A DNA stretch of 63,984 bases, the filler included, from an uncultured bacterium (GTDB taxonomy: Bacteria > CAYJOG01): assembly GCA_964371695.1 (NCBI GenBank). It is 9 parts of 9 records of this genome, joined end to end, with 100 filler letters (N's around TTAATTAATTAA, not from the genome) between each part and the next. Parts side by side here need not be neighbours in the genome. Positions count along the whole stretch, not along the records: positions 29,967 to 37,331 come from CAYJOG010000138.1; positions 37,432 to 44,700 come from CAYJOG010000139.1; 7 more parts are not named here. The stretch is one strand, 5' to 3'. The notes beneath the pieces were generated by a model. That model saw nothing but the letters and a program-made list of their open reading frames with translations, did no database searches and was not told where the DNA came from. Numbering within the stretch: position 1 is the stretch's first letter; every line of letters begins with the position of its first letter. The position numbers and the translations under genes are program-made. Positions 33,224-42,941 of the stretch are shown in pieces.

Positions 33224-33553
33224 ATGGCTACAACCAAAGCCGCGAGCGGCGCCGCTGCTCCGATGACCAAGAAGATGCTGGTGGAGAAAGTCGCCGCTGC
33301 CACTGGCTGGACCAACAAAGAGTCCAAAGAAGGCGTCGAGGCGGTGTTTGACGAAATCGCCAAAGGCATCAAGTCTCACAAGAAAGTGGCCATTTCCGGC
33401 TTCGGCAACTTTGAGCTGAAAAAGCGGGCCAAACGCCAGGGCGTGAACCCCAAGACCGGCGAGAAAGTCACCATTCCCGCCAAGACGGTGCTTAAATTCC
33501 GCCCCCTCAAGGCGCTTAAAGACGCCACGCTGGGCGCACCCGTCAAGAAATAA
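33224..33553 (+). CDS. hup: HU family DNA-binding protein
   Basis: VAISGFGNF, RQGVNPKTGEKVTIPAK, KFRPLKALKD; SD GGGAGG. Confidence 0.93.
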   Translation: MATTKAASGAAAPMTKKMLVEKVAAATGWTNKESKEGVEAVFDEIAKGIKSHKKVAISGFGNFELKKRAKRQGVNPKTGEKVTIPAKTVLKFRPLKALKDATLGAPVKK

Positions 33554-33573
33554 ATTTCCTTTCCGTCAAACCG

Positions 33574-33603
33574 AAAAGCCGGGGCGAATGCTCCGGCTTT
33601 TTT
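33574..33603 (+). terminator. Rho-independent terminator (possibly bidirectional)
   Basis: AAAAGCCGGGGC-GAAT-GCTCCGGCTTTTTT after the HU stop. Confidence 0.85.
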
Positions 33604-33659
33604 GTATTCATTTCATGGGGCAGAAATCGGAAGTGGGGCGGAATTTTTGTTGCAGGCGC

Positions 33660-34184
33660 TCAGCGCGCGCTGGGCTTCCAGATGTACCGGGGTGAGTTTT
33701 TTTTCAACCCTTCCTGCGCCGCCGGGTCTGCCTTGGCGAGCGGGGGCCGGGCCTTGACCTTGCGCCAACCGTTGCGTTTGAGCAGGTTGTAGATGGTGGC
33801 CGGGCAGACCTCTTTTTGTGTCTTGCGCTGATAGGCTTCTTTCAGCGCCGCCACAAGGCCGATCTCCCCCTGGAGGGCTTTTGCCTCGAACCCCTTGAGG
33901 AACTCCCGCTCCTGTTCAGGGGTGAGGGGATTGCGTTTGGCCCCGCCCCACGCACCTTGCCCCACCAGCGCCGATTTCCCTTCCCTCAGATAGGCCGCGT
34001 GAATGTGATGGACCCGCCCCACCGACAGGCCCACTTCCTGCGCGATTTTTTCTGCGGGCCACGCGTGTCTGGCCCGCAGCAGGCAAGAGATGATCTTTCT
34101 TCTTTCACCGACATGCCGGGCCTGGGGCAGCAGGGCTTCCAGCTCTTTTCGGGCCTGTTTTGGAAAGGGTTTTGGGGGTCTCAC
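33660..34184 (-). mobile_element. IS630-family transposase N-terminal (HTH) ORF without DDE domain
   Basis: IAQEVGLS HTH, TIYNLLKRNGWRKVKARP, ADPAAQEGLKK ending on an A8 slippery run. Confidence 0.75.
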
Positions 34185-34296
34185 GGATTCTTCCTATTGT
34201 CTGTTGACCTGCACACCTGGGTGTTTTTCAGGGATTTGTTCATGGTTTGTCCTGGCCGTTTCATGCTTCGCACTCAGGCTTATAAAAGCATTCTAA

Positions 34297-34446
34297 CAGG
34301 GTGTTGAGAAAGGCCCTCCTGGCCTTTCTCAACCTGTTTTGCTCAGGGCAAAGCCCTCGCAAACCAACGCTTTTATTGGGGTTTGAAAAACCCCAATAAG
34401 CGGAAAATCCATCCGTGGATTTTTCAGGGTGTTTATCAACACCCTG
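34297..34446. mobile_element. 150-bp MITE with CAGGGTGTTGAKAAA TIRs and CTAA target duplication
   Basis: CAGGGTGTTGAGAAA...TTTATCAACACCCTG flanked by CTAA at 34293-34296 and 34447-34450; end fragments near 47625 and 49514. Confidence 0.85.
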
Positions 34447-35160
34447 CTAAAACCCCAGCTTGCCGCCGCCGGGCAGCTTGGGTTTCAGATCCCCGCCGCC
34501 GGGCAGTTTGTTTTTCAGGTCGTTCAGCTTGCCGTCCAGCATCTCCTGGAGTTTTTCAAAGGCCTTGGCCTTGATGAAATCGCGGATGCCGCCGGGGGTG
34601 AGCAGGTCCTTCCAACTGTTCAGGTAATCCTTGAAAGCGCCCACGTCAAAATCAAAGGCGTCGCTCAGTTCCTTGCCCAGCAGCTTGGCGGTTTTTCCTG
34701 CCAGCAGCTTCACCTTTTTCTTGCGGTCCTTGTCGGCCACTTCCACCTCGCCCTTCAGGCTGAAGACCTGCACGCGGGGATTGCCCTCTTTGTCCTTGTC
34801 CACGCGGGTACTGAACTCGGTGCCCCGCACACTCACCACGCCGGTGGGGGTGGTCACGTCAAATGCGCCCTGGCTGGCTTCCACCTCGGCCCAAAGTTCA
34901 CCCGCGCCCAGTTCCGCGCCGCTCACTTCCCGTGCGTCGTCGCCCTTGCGGCGGGCGCCGATGAGGGACATGTCCGAGAGGGCCGGCAGCTTGAGCTGGC
35001 CGCCGTCGTTCAGCGCAAGCGCCACGCCGCTGTCGGCGTCGGTCTTGATGCGGTCATCACCAAACAGGCAGTCGCCCAGCTTGGGGGTGGTCCAGGCTTC
35101 CGTGCCAAACAGCCGGACTTCCACCTTGCCCGCCAGACTGTCCACTTTGGCTGGGCACAA
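34447..35160 (-). CDS. FecR-domain protein, probably the C-terminal part of the upstream gene (frameshift at A9 tract 35237-35245)
   Basis: GDDRIKT, LNDGGQLKL, VTTPTGVVSVRGTEF, LKGEVEV; frame open upstream through a Pro/Glu/Lys linker; no good start or SD. Confidence 0.8.
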   Translation of the reverse strand: MCPAKVDSLAGKVEVRLFGTEAWTTPKLGDCLFGDDRIKTDADSGVALALNDGGQLKLPALSDMSLIGARRKGDDAREVSGAELGAGELWAEVEASQGAFDVTTPTGVVSVRGTEFSTRVDKDKEGNPRVQVFSLKGEVEVADKDRKKKVKLLAGKTAKLLGKELSDAFDFDVGAFKDYLNSWKDLLTPGGIRDFIKAKAFEKLQEMLDGKLNDLKNKLPGGGDLKPKLPGGGKLGF

Positions 35161-35228
35161 AGAAACCCCCGGCGAAGCGGGGGTTTCGGGTTTGACTTCG
35201 GGTTTGGGTTCAGCCGGTGGGGCTGAGG

Positions 35229-36725
35229 TCAGTCCGTTTTTTTTTGTTCATCCGCCATGGCGGCGTATTCACGGGCCACCTTTTGCGTGGCGTCTTCGGG
35301 CAGAGTGTTCATTTTGGGGCCGGTATAGGGGTAACCCGCGCCGGGATAACCAAAGCTGCCGGGGAAGTTCCAGCCGCTGGGATAACCATACAGCATGCCC
35401 GGCTCCGGGGGAGGGGCCATGCCGCCCTGGTGAGGATAGGCGGGGTAGGTGAGGGGAGCGGCTTCGCCCAGGGGTTTCAGGAAGACGCTGCACACATAAC
35501 CATTGCCCTTGTGGTGATACACCCGCAGCCATGCGCCGCCCTGGCAACCGGGGCCGTCCACCCCTGCGCCGTGGGCCGACACGGTGTCGCCCGCTTTGAG
35601 TGCGCCAATGGCCTTGCCATTCACGCTGGGTTTGTTGCGCACCGTCAGTCCGCTGGTGTGGGCCACCTTGAAGTTGCCCACGCCGGTGCCGTAGCCATAG
35701 CCGTAATACAGCTCATCGGCCTGTGCGCCCATGGGGGGGGCCGTGACATTGGTGGGGGTTTCCACCACGCGGATGGTGGCGTCGCCCATCTGTTTTTCGG
35801 AGCGATGCACCACCGGGGGGGTGTAGAAGAGGCCGCGGTCAAAACCGGGGTAATAAACATTGTAATAGTTGGCGTATTTCTGGAACCGGCCCTTGAAGCC
35901 GATGTCCACCTTCACTTCGTATTGCGCCACCTGATTGGGCAGGCCCGCCATGGTGCCGTACATGGCGTGGGGGTTGCCCGCCCAGCCGGGCACATAACCC
36001 ACACCGGCATAGGGGCAGCGGGTGCCATAAACCGCTTTGTGCGCGGTGCCATAAACGGGTTTCTGGATTTCTTTGTAGCCCACCCAGTCGGTGCGGTAAC
36101 CGTTGGTGACGGTGCTGGGCACGGTGGCGACGTGGTCATACATCTTGGCTTTGTACACGTCTTCGCGCACAAAATACCAACCCACGTTCATCCAGTTGGG
36201 CACGGGGCCATAGCAGCTCTGGTTCAGGCGCAGCGTGGCGTATTCCAGGTGCTTGACGCGGCCCAGATAAGCCCCGCAAACCTGCACGGCGGTGTAATCA
36301 GTGCCCAAGGCGAAACGCGGGTCTTCCTGCTGGGCCTTGTTCAGGCGCAGCTTCAGGTCATCCTTGTGTACCCGCACGGCCATCCAGCCCTGGGGGCAGT
36401 CGGCTGCAGGCACAGGTTGGGCATGCAGCGGCTCCACGCAGGTATGCACGGGAATGCGCCAGCCCCAGGGGCCAACCAGACCCGTGGGCCAGGAGCCCAC
36501 CCAGTCCAGGGGGCGCACCATCACGCTGTATTCCAGGCCGTCCACATCCATGCCCACGGGCCGGGGGGTGGGGCTGATGACCACCCAGTCGGGCTGGCTG
36601 TGGCCGCAGATGCCGCCCACGTCCGCCTTGGCGGATTGGGGGGCAACAAGGCCCAGCACAAGAGCGCCTGTTGCCAAAAGAGCATGACGAAGCAGGGAGG
36701 TGATTCGGGTTTTGACGGGAGACAT
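35229..36725 (-). CDS. Secreted protein with SH3b-like domain
   Basis: Signal peptide ending AKA-D; GLTVRNKPSVNGKAIGALKAGDTV...WLRV...GYVCSVFL. Confidence 0.8.
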   Translation of the reverse strand: MSPVKTRITSLLRHALLATGALVLGLVAPQSAKADVGGICGHSQPDWVVISPTPRPVGMDVDGLEYSVMVRPLDWVGSWPTGLVGPWGWRIPVHTCVEPLHAQPVPAADCPQGWMAVRVHKDDLKLRLNKAQQEDPRFALGTDYTAVQVCGAYLGRVKHLEYATLRLNQSCYGPVPNWMNVGWYFVREDVYKAKMYDHVATVPSTVTNGYRTDWVGYKEIQKPVYGTAHKAVYGTRCPYAGVGYVPGWAGNPHAMYGTMAGLPNQVAQYEVKVDIGFKGRFQKYANYYNVYYPGFDRGLFYTPPVVHRSEKQMGDATIRVVETPTNVTAPPMGAQADELYYGYGYGTGVGNFKVAHTSGLTVRNKPSVNGKAIGALKAGDTVSAHGAGVDGPGCQGGAWLRVYHHKGNGYVCSVFLKPLGEAAPLTYPAYPHQGGMAPPPEPGMLYGYPSGWNFPGSFGYPGAGYPYTGPKMNTLPEDATQKVAREYAAMADEQKKTD

Positions 36726-37014
36726 GACGGCGAATTATACCCACACCCGGCCAGTGGATTGCAAGCCTGATTTTTGAGACGTAGCCCCGGCGTCCCGCCG
36801 GGAGTATTGACTGCGCCGCAGGCGCGCACCAATCAGACTCTCTCATTATTTTTCTGGAAAACAGCTGTTCGGTGACGCCTTCGGCGTTTTTTTGCTCCCG
36901 GCGAGACGCCGGGGCTACTATCTGTAAGGCGGCGTTTTCTTTGTTACTGGATTCCCGTTTTTGCAGGAATAAAGCTTGGGTTGGCCTTAATTGTTGAGTA
37001 ACAACAACAATGCC

Positions 37015-37331
37015 TCAGTCCCCCGCCACCTCAAACACCAGCCCCTCGGCGGTTTTGGACAGGTTCACGGTGCAGCCTTCCGGGCAATCGCCCGCCAGAA
37101 TGCGCCGGGCCAGGGGGGATTCCACCTCGCGCTGAATCAGCCGCTTGAGGGGCCGTGCGCCAAACACCGGGTCAAAGCCCTTTTCGGCCAGATAATCCAG
37201 GGCGTCCTCGTGGGCGTTAAGGGTGATGCCGCGCTCAGTCAGGCGCTCGCGCAGTTCGGCCAGTTGCAGCGACACAATCTGCCGGAGTTCCGCCCGCGAG
37301 AGGGGGTCGAATACGATCACGTCGTCAATAC
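37015..37331 (-). CDS. clpB: ClpB/ClpC chaperone C-terminal fragment (5' end truncated)
   Basis: IDDVIVFDPL, GFDPVFGARPLKRLIQREVESPLA. Confidence 0.88.
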
Positions 37332-37431
37332 NNNNNNNNNNNNNNNNNNNNNNNNNNNNNNNNNNNNNNNNNNNNTTAATTAATTAANNNNNNNNNNNNN
37401 NNNNNNNNNNNNNNNNNNNNNNNNNNNNNNN

Positions 37432-38006
37432 GGGACGAAGCCGGGGGCGGCGCGCGGGGGGGGCCGGTGGGGGGGGGGGCCTGCACCCACCGGCCCCTGC
37501 TCAGCAGCCTGGGCGTGGCCGACAGCAAAACCCTTTCGCCCCAGCGGCGCGAAGAAGTCGCCGGTCTGCTGCGCCAGCACACCGCCCACATTCCGCACCA
37601 CGCCCTGCTGGTGGACGTGGCCGAGGTGGAAAACCGCAACGTGCTGGGGGCCTCGTTGTGGGGCATGCGTCAGGCGGCGCTATTACTGATTCAAGAAACA
37701 GGGGCCCAAAACCCGCTGGTGCTGGTGGACGGCAACCAGCGCCTGCCGGATTTTCCGTTTTCGCAACAGACCTGTGTGAAGGGCGACGCCCGGTTTGCCT
37801 GCATCGGCGCGGCCAGCATTCTGGCCAAGGTGACGCGGGACGCCTTCATGACGGCGCTGGACAGGGACTTCCCGGCTTATGGTTTTGCCCGCCACAAGGG
37901 TTATGGCACGGCGGCGCACCGCCAGGCACTCCTCACCCACGGCCCCTGCCCCCAGCACCGCAGTCTGTTTATCCGGGGGATATTTCAAAAAAACGGAGCG
38001 GGGTAG
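37432..38006 (+). CDS. rnhB: Ribonuclease HII (5' end truncated and low quality)
   Basis: DEAGRG at contig edge, DSKTLS, LVDGN, VKGDA, IGAASILAKVTRD, HKGYGT. Confidence 0.93.
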
Positions 38007-38120
38007 TGGTGCATTTGGTTAAAAATGAGGAGTAGGTGCGGTGTCCTCACCGCACAAACACAGCAGCGATGTAAACATCGCTGTTACTCATTTTTAATCG
38101 AACGGACCACTCGCGCAGGT

Positions 38121-38486
38121 TCACGCCGGTTGTTCTTCAAACAACCCCAGTTCATCCGCCACCGATTCTTCTTTCACCCCCAGGCGCATCAGCCATTTGT
38201 CGATGAAATAAACCGGGCCGGAGAGAAACCCCGTGAGGGGGTCGCGGGTGAAAGTGGGGGACTTGCCTTCAAAAGCGTGGCCGATGAGCTGAAACGTCCA
38301 TCCGCCCAAAAACAGCGCCGCCGCCAGTTTGCGCTGACCCAGCAGCAGGGCGGGCACCGAGGCCATGATGAGCGGAATGCCGATTTCGTGCGTGCGCTGG
38401 TTGACGGGGTTCTGGTGGTCCTGAATGTAGGTGCGCAGCATGTCCTTGTACTCTTCAGACTCGAAAAACGATTTGAGGGACGGCAT
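38121..38486 (-). CDS. Mpo1-like/DUF962 family membrane protein
   Basis: HQNPVNQRTHEIGIP, QLIGHAFEGKSP. Confidence 0.88.
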   Translation of the reverse strand: MPSLKSFFESEEYKDMLRTYIQDHQNPVNQRTHEIGIPLIMASVPALLLGQRKLAAALFLGGWTFQLIGHAFEGKSPTFTRDPLTGFLSGPVYFIDKWLMRLGVKEESVADELGLFEEQPA

Positions 38487-38626
38487 GGGGTTCTCCTTTT
38501 AAATCAAGGGGGTGTGTTGAGTGTAGCAGTTGGGCAGTTTTGCTGATTCCGGTTTCGGACCTCCTGAAAAACCCCCGCCCGGCGGTTTGAAAACCGTTTG
38601 TTTTTGCAACGTGTAGGCTGGTTCCC

Positions 38627-39055
38627 ATGCCCTACACCATCTCTGTCAAACACAATTTCGAGACGGCCCACCGCCTCACCAGCACCAGCAGCATGAAATG
38701 CCAGTCCATCCATGGCCACAGTTGGTGGATTGAAGTGTGGATTGAGGGGGACACCCTGAGCAGCGACGAAATGCTGGCCCCCTACGGCGACATCAAAAAA
38801 GCCTGGCGCACATTTATTGACAGCGAAATTGACCACGGTCTGGTGCTGAGCAGCACCGACCCCCTGGTGGCGGCGCTGAAAACCGCCCTGCCCCACCAGA
38901 AGCTCTATCTGCTGCAGGGCGACCCCACCACCGAAAACCTCTCCCGCCACCTGTTTGAAAAAGCCAGGGAAATCATCGAGCCATTTGGCGAGGGCCTACG
39001 GGTGACCCGCGTGGCCCTGCAGGAAACCCACGTGAACTTCGCGGGTTATGAATAA
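38627..39055 (+). CDS. queD: 6-carboxytetrahydropterin synthase (QueD/PTPS family)
   Basis: FETAHRL, CQSIHGHSW, IDHG, PTTENL, ET motifs. Confidence 0.88.
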   Translation: MPYTISVKHNFETAHRLTSTSSMKCQSIHGHSWWIEVWIEGDTLSSDEMLAPYGDIKKAWRTFIDSEIDHGLVLSSTDPLVAALKTALPHQKLYLLQGDPTTENLSRHLFEKAREIIEPFGEGLRVTRVALQETHVNFAGYE

Positions 39056-39443
39056 CCCGCGAAGCGACACGGTTGTTTATTCAAGGCAAAAACCCTCGAT
39101 TTTTCACCCATTTTTTGAAGTAGGCGCGGTGTCCATTGCTGTTAGGTTTGTGAGAAAAGTCCCGGATTATCAGGGGTTTTTTGAGGTAGCCCCGGCGTCC
39201 CGCCGGGAGCATCAACCGCGCCAAAGGCGCGCACCATTCAGATTCCTTTTCGGGCTCCCTGAAAAAACCCTGTTTGGTGACGCCTTCGGCGTTTATTTGC
39301 TCCCGGCGGGACGCCGGGGCTACCCATAAACCTGACAGCAATGGGCGCGGTGTCCCCACCGCGCACAGACCACAAAAAATCACGGGGTTTTGTCCTCCAC
39401 GGCGACGGGGACGTCGCCGCTACTCCTGCACACAACAATGTCC

Positions 39444-39947
39444 TCAGCTTTTCGCAAACCGCCGGGCATAGGCGGCAGTCAGCGTGTCCTTCACCTCGTG
39501 GGGGCTGGCGATGATGATTTTCGCCCCACCGATGATGTCCATGAAACCGGTTTCGTTGCGGTAACGGGGCACCACGTGCCAGTGCAGGTGGGCAATGGAC
39601 GCCCCCCCCGCCGGCCCCAGGTTCAGACCCACGTTAAAGCCGTGGCACTGATAGGTTTCTTCGAGAATCTCCAGACTGGCGTCCAGCAGGGTTTTCCATT
39701 CCAGGGTTTCTTCGTTGCTCATCTGGCGCGGGTCGGTGATATGGCGCGTGGGGAACACCATGACGTGGCCAGGGCTGTAGGGGTAAAGGTTCAGACACAC
39801 CCACAGGTGTTCGCCCCGGTACACGACCAATTCCTCCACTTGGGGGTCACCCCCCACAATGCCACACAGAATGCACCGCACAGCGGGCCTGCCTCCCCGC
39901 ACATAGGCATACTTCGAGGCGACAAACAGGTTGCGCCGATCCGCCAC
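39444..39947 (-). CDS. HIT family protein (Ap4A phosphorylase/Fhit-like)
   Basis: CILC, LNLYPYSPGHVMV, GFNVGLNLG, AHLHWHVVPR. Confidence 0.9.
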   Translation of the reverse strand: MADRRNLFVASKYAYVRGGRPAVRCILCGIVGGDPQVEELVVYRGEHLWVCLNLYPYSPGHVMVFPTRHITDPRQMSNEETLEWKTLLDASLEILEETYQCHGFNVGLNLGPAGGASIAHLHWHVVPRYRNETGFMDIIGGAKIIIASPHEVKDTLTAAYARRFAKS

Positions 39948-39953
39948 GTTTCC

Positions 39954-40292
39954 TTATCCGAATGCCTTGATGGCGTCTTCCTCGGTGTCAAAGAGTTTGA
40001 TGAACTTGTCCGTGGCCGTGATTTCAAAGATTTTCCTGATGTTCGGCTCGGCCCCCGCCACCGCCACCTTGCCGCCGTTTTTGCGGCTGAGTTCTTTGTA
40101 GGCCTTGATGATCTTGCCCAGTCCCGAAGAATCCAGGAACGACACCGAAGCGATGTTCACAATCAAAAACTGTGTGTCCTGGTTGATCAGCCCCATGAAC
40201 ACTTCATCCAACTGCTGGACTTCCTCCAGGCGGCATTGTCCGTTCAGTCTGACGATATGGCCGTTGCCTTGTTGGGTTTGTTGAATGTCCAT
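39954..40292 (-). CDS. STAS-domain anti-sigma factor antagonist
   Basis: VSFLDSSGLG, IRKIFEIT. Confidence 0.92.
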   Translation of the reverse strand: MDIQQTQQGNGHIVRLNGQCRLEEVQQLDEVFMGLINQDTQFLIVNIASVSFLDSSGLGKIIKAYKELSRKNGGKVAVAGAEPNIRKIFEITATDKFIKLFDTEEDAIKAFG

Positions 40293-40347
40293 GCCGGATC
40301 AGCTCCTGATTGGGGGTTCGCGCCTGGGGCGCACCTGTAAAGCCGGA

Positions 40348-41208
40348 CTAGTTTAGCTGGCTTCCGCACATTTCGCAGAAACCCGCGCCTTCGGGGTTTT
40401 CGTGACCACAAACCCCACAACTGGCCCCCATGCTCATGCCGCCCGGCACGGCAGAGGGTTCGTCGAAATTGAACTCCTCCATGGGGGCTTCGCTGCTGCC
40501 CAGGTCAAAACTCACCTCGGCGTTGGGGTCTGGCAGGGCCACCACGGCAGCGGGCAGACTGGCCTGGGCCTGGGCCGCCGCCCCCAGCGTGGCCCCACAG
40601 GTTTCGCAAAAAGCTGCGCCGGGCTGGTTTTCGGCCCCACAGGCGTTGCAGGTGACGTTGCGGCCCGCCGGAGCCGCCGCCGCCGGAGCCTGTCCCGTGA
40701 GCGACGCGCCGCAGGTTTCGCAAAAGGCCGCTCCTGGTTCGTTGCCTGCCCCACAGGCGGCACACACGGGTGCAGCGGCGGCAGGCGCAGAAACCCCCGC
40801 CAACCCGGCCCCACAGGTTTCACAAAAAGCCGCGCCCGGTTCGTTGTCTGCCCCGCAAGAGGGACAGGTGAGCGCGCCGCTGGCCGCCGGGGCCGCACCG
40901 GCCGCCGCTACCGGCGCAGCCGCTGGAGCCGCCGCCCCGCCCCCCTGCAAACCGGCGCCGCAGGCCCCGCAAAACATGGCCTCTGACTCATTGGCATATC
41001 CACAGGCTGGGCAGGTGAGCATGGCCGCGCCGCTCACTTCGCCGTAGGCTTCCAGCATGGCCCCCAGGGTGAGGGCTTCGTCCTCCACCTGCCGCCAGAA
41101 GTCGCTTTCCTTCAAGGGACAGGCTTCCGGCCCCATCTGCACGCCACAATCGGGGCAGAACTTGTAGCCCGCCCGCTGGTAGGTCTCGCAGGGTTGCATC
41201 ATCAACAT
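40348..41208 (-). CDS. Multi zinc-ribbon (DZR repeat) protein
   Basis: Five CxxCG-x-N-x5-FCxxCG units with Ala/Pro linkers plus an N-terminal FCPDCG. Confidence 0.85.
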   Translation of the reverse strand: MLMMQPCETYQRAGYKFCPDCGVQMGPEACPLKESDFWRQVEDEALTLGAMLEAYGEVSGAAMLTCPACGYANESEAMFCGACGAGLQGGGAAAPAAAPVAAAGAAPAASGALTCPSCGADNEPGAAFCETCGAGLAGVSAPAAAAPVCAACGAGNEPGAAFCETCGASLTGQAPAAAAPAGRNVTCNACGAENQPGAAFCETCGATLGAAAQAQASLPAAVVALPDPNAEVSFDLGSSEAPMEEFNFDEPSAVPGGMSMGASCGVCGHENPEGAGFCEMCGSQLN

Positions 41209-41277
41209 GCGTAAGCGTGAAGTATAACAAAGCCGGTCATGGCGTTTTCGGGCTTGGTTTTGCATAAACTGCTCTGC

Positions 41278-42510
41278 TTGAGCACCCAGCGCCCCAAAAT
41301 CCTGCGGCTGATTTCGCGGCTTAACGCCGGCGGCCCCACACGGCAGGTGGTGTGGCTGTGCGCACAGATGCAGGACCACTACGACAGTGTGCTGGCCGCC
41401 GGTGTGCCGCCGCCGGGCGAGACGGACATGAGCCATTTTGCCCACGAACGGGGCGTGGACCCGGTGGTCATGCCCTCTCTCAGCCGTGAAATCTCACCCC
41501 GCGACGTGTTTGCGGTGCTGGACGTGATTCGCCTGATACGCCGTGTGCGGCCCGACATATTGCACATGCACACCACCAAGGCGGGTTTTGCGGGGCGTCT
41601 GGCGGCGCTGGTGACCCGGCCCCTGTGGGGTGTGCCCAGGGTGTGCGTCTACACCTTTCACGGCCACAGCCTGTCGGGCCACCTGCACCCCCTCAAGCAC
41701 CTCGTCATCCGTTTTCTGGAGCGTTTTCTGGCCCGCAGCACCAGCCGCATCGTGGTCATCAGCGAAAAACTCTTTCAGACGATTCACGGCGAATTTCGCG
41801 TGGGCCGGGCCGCGCAATATCGCCTGATTCCCAACGCCATGGACCTGGACGCCTTTCTCGCCCCCTGGCCCCAACCGGCCCACCCGCTGATGGGCGAACC
41901 CGGCCCCCTGCGCATTGGCACCGTGGGGCGGCTGATTGACCTGAAGGGTTATGACTTTTTGCTGGACACCTTTGCCAAAGCGGACTTTCCGGCACGGCTG
42001 TTTATTGCGGGGGAAGGCGAAAAAGAGGTCACCCTGAAGGCGCGGGCCACAGGCCTGGGTCTGGATGAAAAAGTGTTCTGGCTGGGTTATGTGCCAGACA
42101 CCCAGGCGCTGTATCAGCATGTGGACGTGTACGTACTCACCAGCCGCACCGAGGGAACCCCCATGGTGCTGCTGGAGGCCATGACCTGCGCCACCCCCGT
42201 CATCGCCACCCGCGTGGGGGGCGTGCCCGAAATGCTGGGGCCCCTTGAGAGTGAAACCCCCGAAGGCGTGGGCCTGCACACCCATGGTTATTCCATTGCG
42301 GTGGACGACGAAAAGGCGCTTTTGGCCGCCCTGAAACGGATACGCGAAAACCCTGAAGACGCCCGCACCCGCGCGCTGGCCGCCCGCGAACACGTGCTGG
42401 AAACCCGCACCCTCAGCCGACTGGTGACCCAGATGGACGGGCTTTATCAGGAGGCCCTGTCCGCACCGAAATCCCGCACCATGGACCCGAAGCTGGCGGG
42501 GCTGGTGTAG
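41278..42510 (+). CDS. GT4 family glycosyltransferase
   Basis: SRLNAGGP, PDILHMHTTKAG, GRLIDLKG, EGTPMVLLEAM; start uncertain (41239 or 41278). Confidence 0.92.
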   Translation: MSTQRPKILRLISRLNAGGPTRQVVWLCAQMQDHYDSVLAAGVPPPGETDMSHFAHERGVDPVVMPSLSREISPRDVFAVLDVIRLIRRVRPDILHMHTTKAGFAGRLAALVTRPLWGVPRVCVYTFHGHSLSGHLHPLKHLVIRFLERFLARSTSRIVVISEKLFQTIHGEFRVGRAAQYRLIPNAMDLDAFLAPWPQPAHPLMGEPGPLRIGTVGRLIDLKGYDFLLDTFAKADFPARLFIAGEGEKEVTLKARATGLGLDEKVFWLGYVPDTQALYQHVDVYVLTSRTEGTPMVLLEAMTCATPVIATRVGGVPEMLGPLESETPEGVGLHTHGYSIAVDDEKALLAALKRIRENPEDARTRALAAREHVLETRTLSRLVTQMDGLYQEALSAPKSRTMDPKLAGLV

Positions 42511-42569
42511 CGCATATTCAACCCAAAACCTGCTGGCTGAAAAAATACGGAGGGTGGTACAATTAACCT

Positions 42570-42926
42570 GTGAAGTTAAGAGAAACTTCCCTGTATGCTT
42601 GGCTGGCAGCCGCTCCAGGACGTGGCGGACTGTTGGTTGCCCTGCTGAATACATTAATCGGGTTCGGCCTGTTTTTTCTTTCCTATTTCTGGAGTCTGAG
42701 AAAACCGGATACTTTTACACTCGGCATTGTTTTTGTCGTGGTCATGGGATTCGTTATATTCCAGTGGAGAATTTCCGTGACAATGGCAGTCATTAACCAG
42801 GATGAGATGGATGCCTCTCGCGAAAAGGACCAGATGATTGCCAACCTTGCAGGTCAACATGCAAAATCAAATCAAGTCCTAAAAGACATACTGGAAACAG
42901 TCAACAACGCTGCCCTAAACCCCTAG
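42570..42926 (+). CDS. Small AT-rich two-TM hypothetical protein
   Basis: Two hydrophobic segments plus helical tail; codon usage unlike neighbours. Confidence 0.6.
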   Translation: MKLRETSLYAWLAAAPGRGGLLVALLNTLIGFGLFFLSYFWSLRKPDTFTLGIVFVVVMGFVIFQWRISVTMAVINQDEMDASREKDQMIANLAGQHAKSNQVLKDILETVNNAALNP

Positions 42927-42941
42927 CAGGAGGCTCGTCAG

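Noticed and set aside
38487..38626. preQ1 riboswitch upstream of queD
   Set aside because: No recognisable aptamer; a -10-like box 7 nt before the ATG suggests no leader
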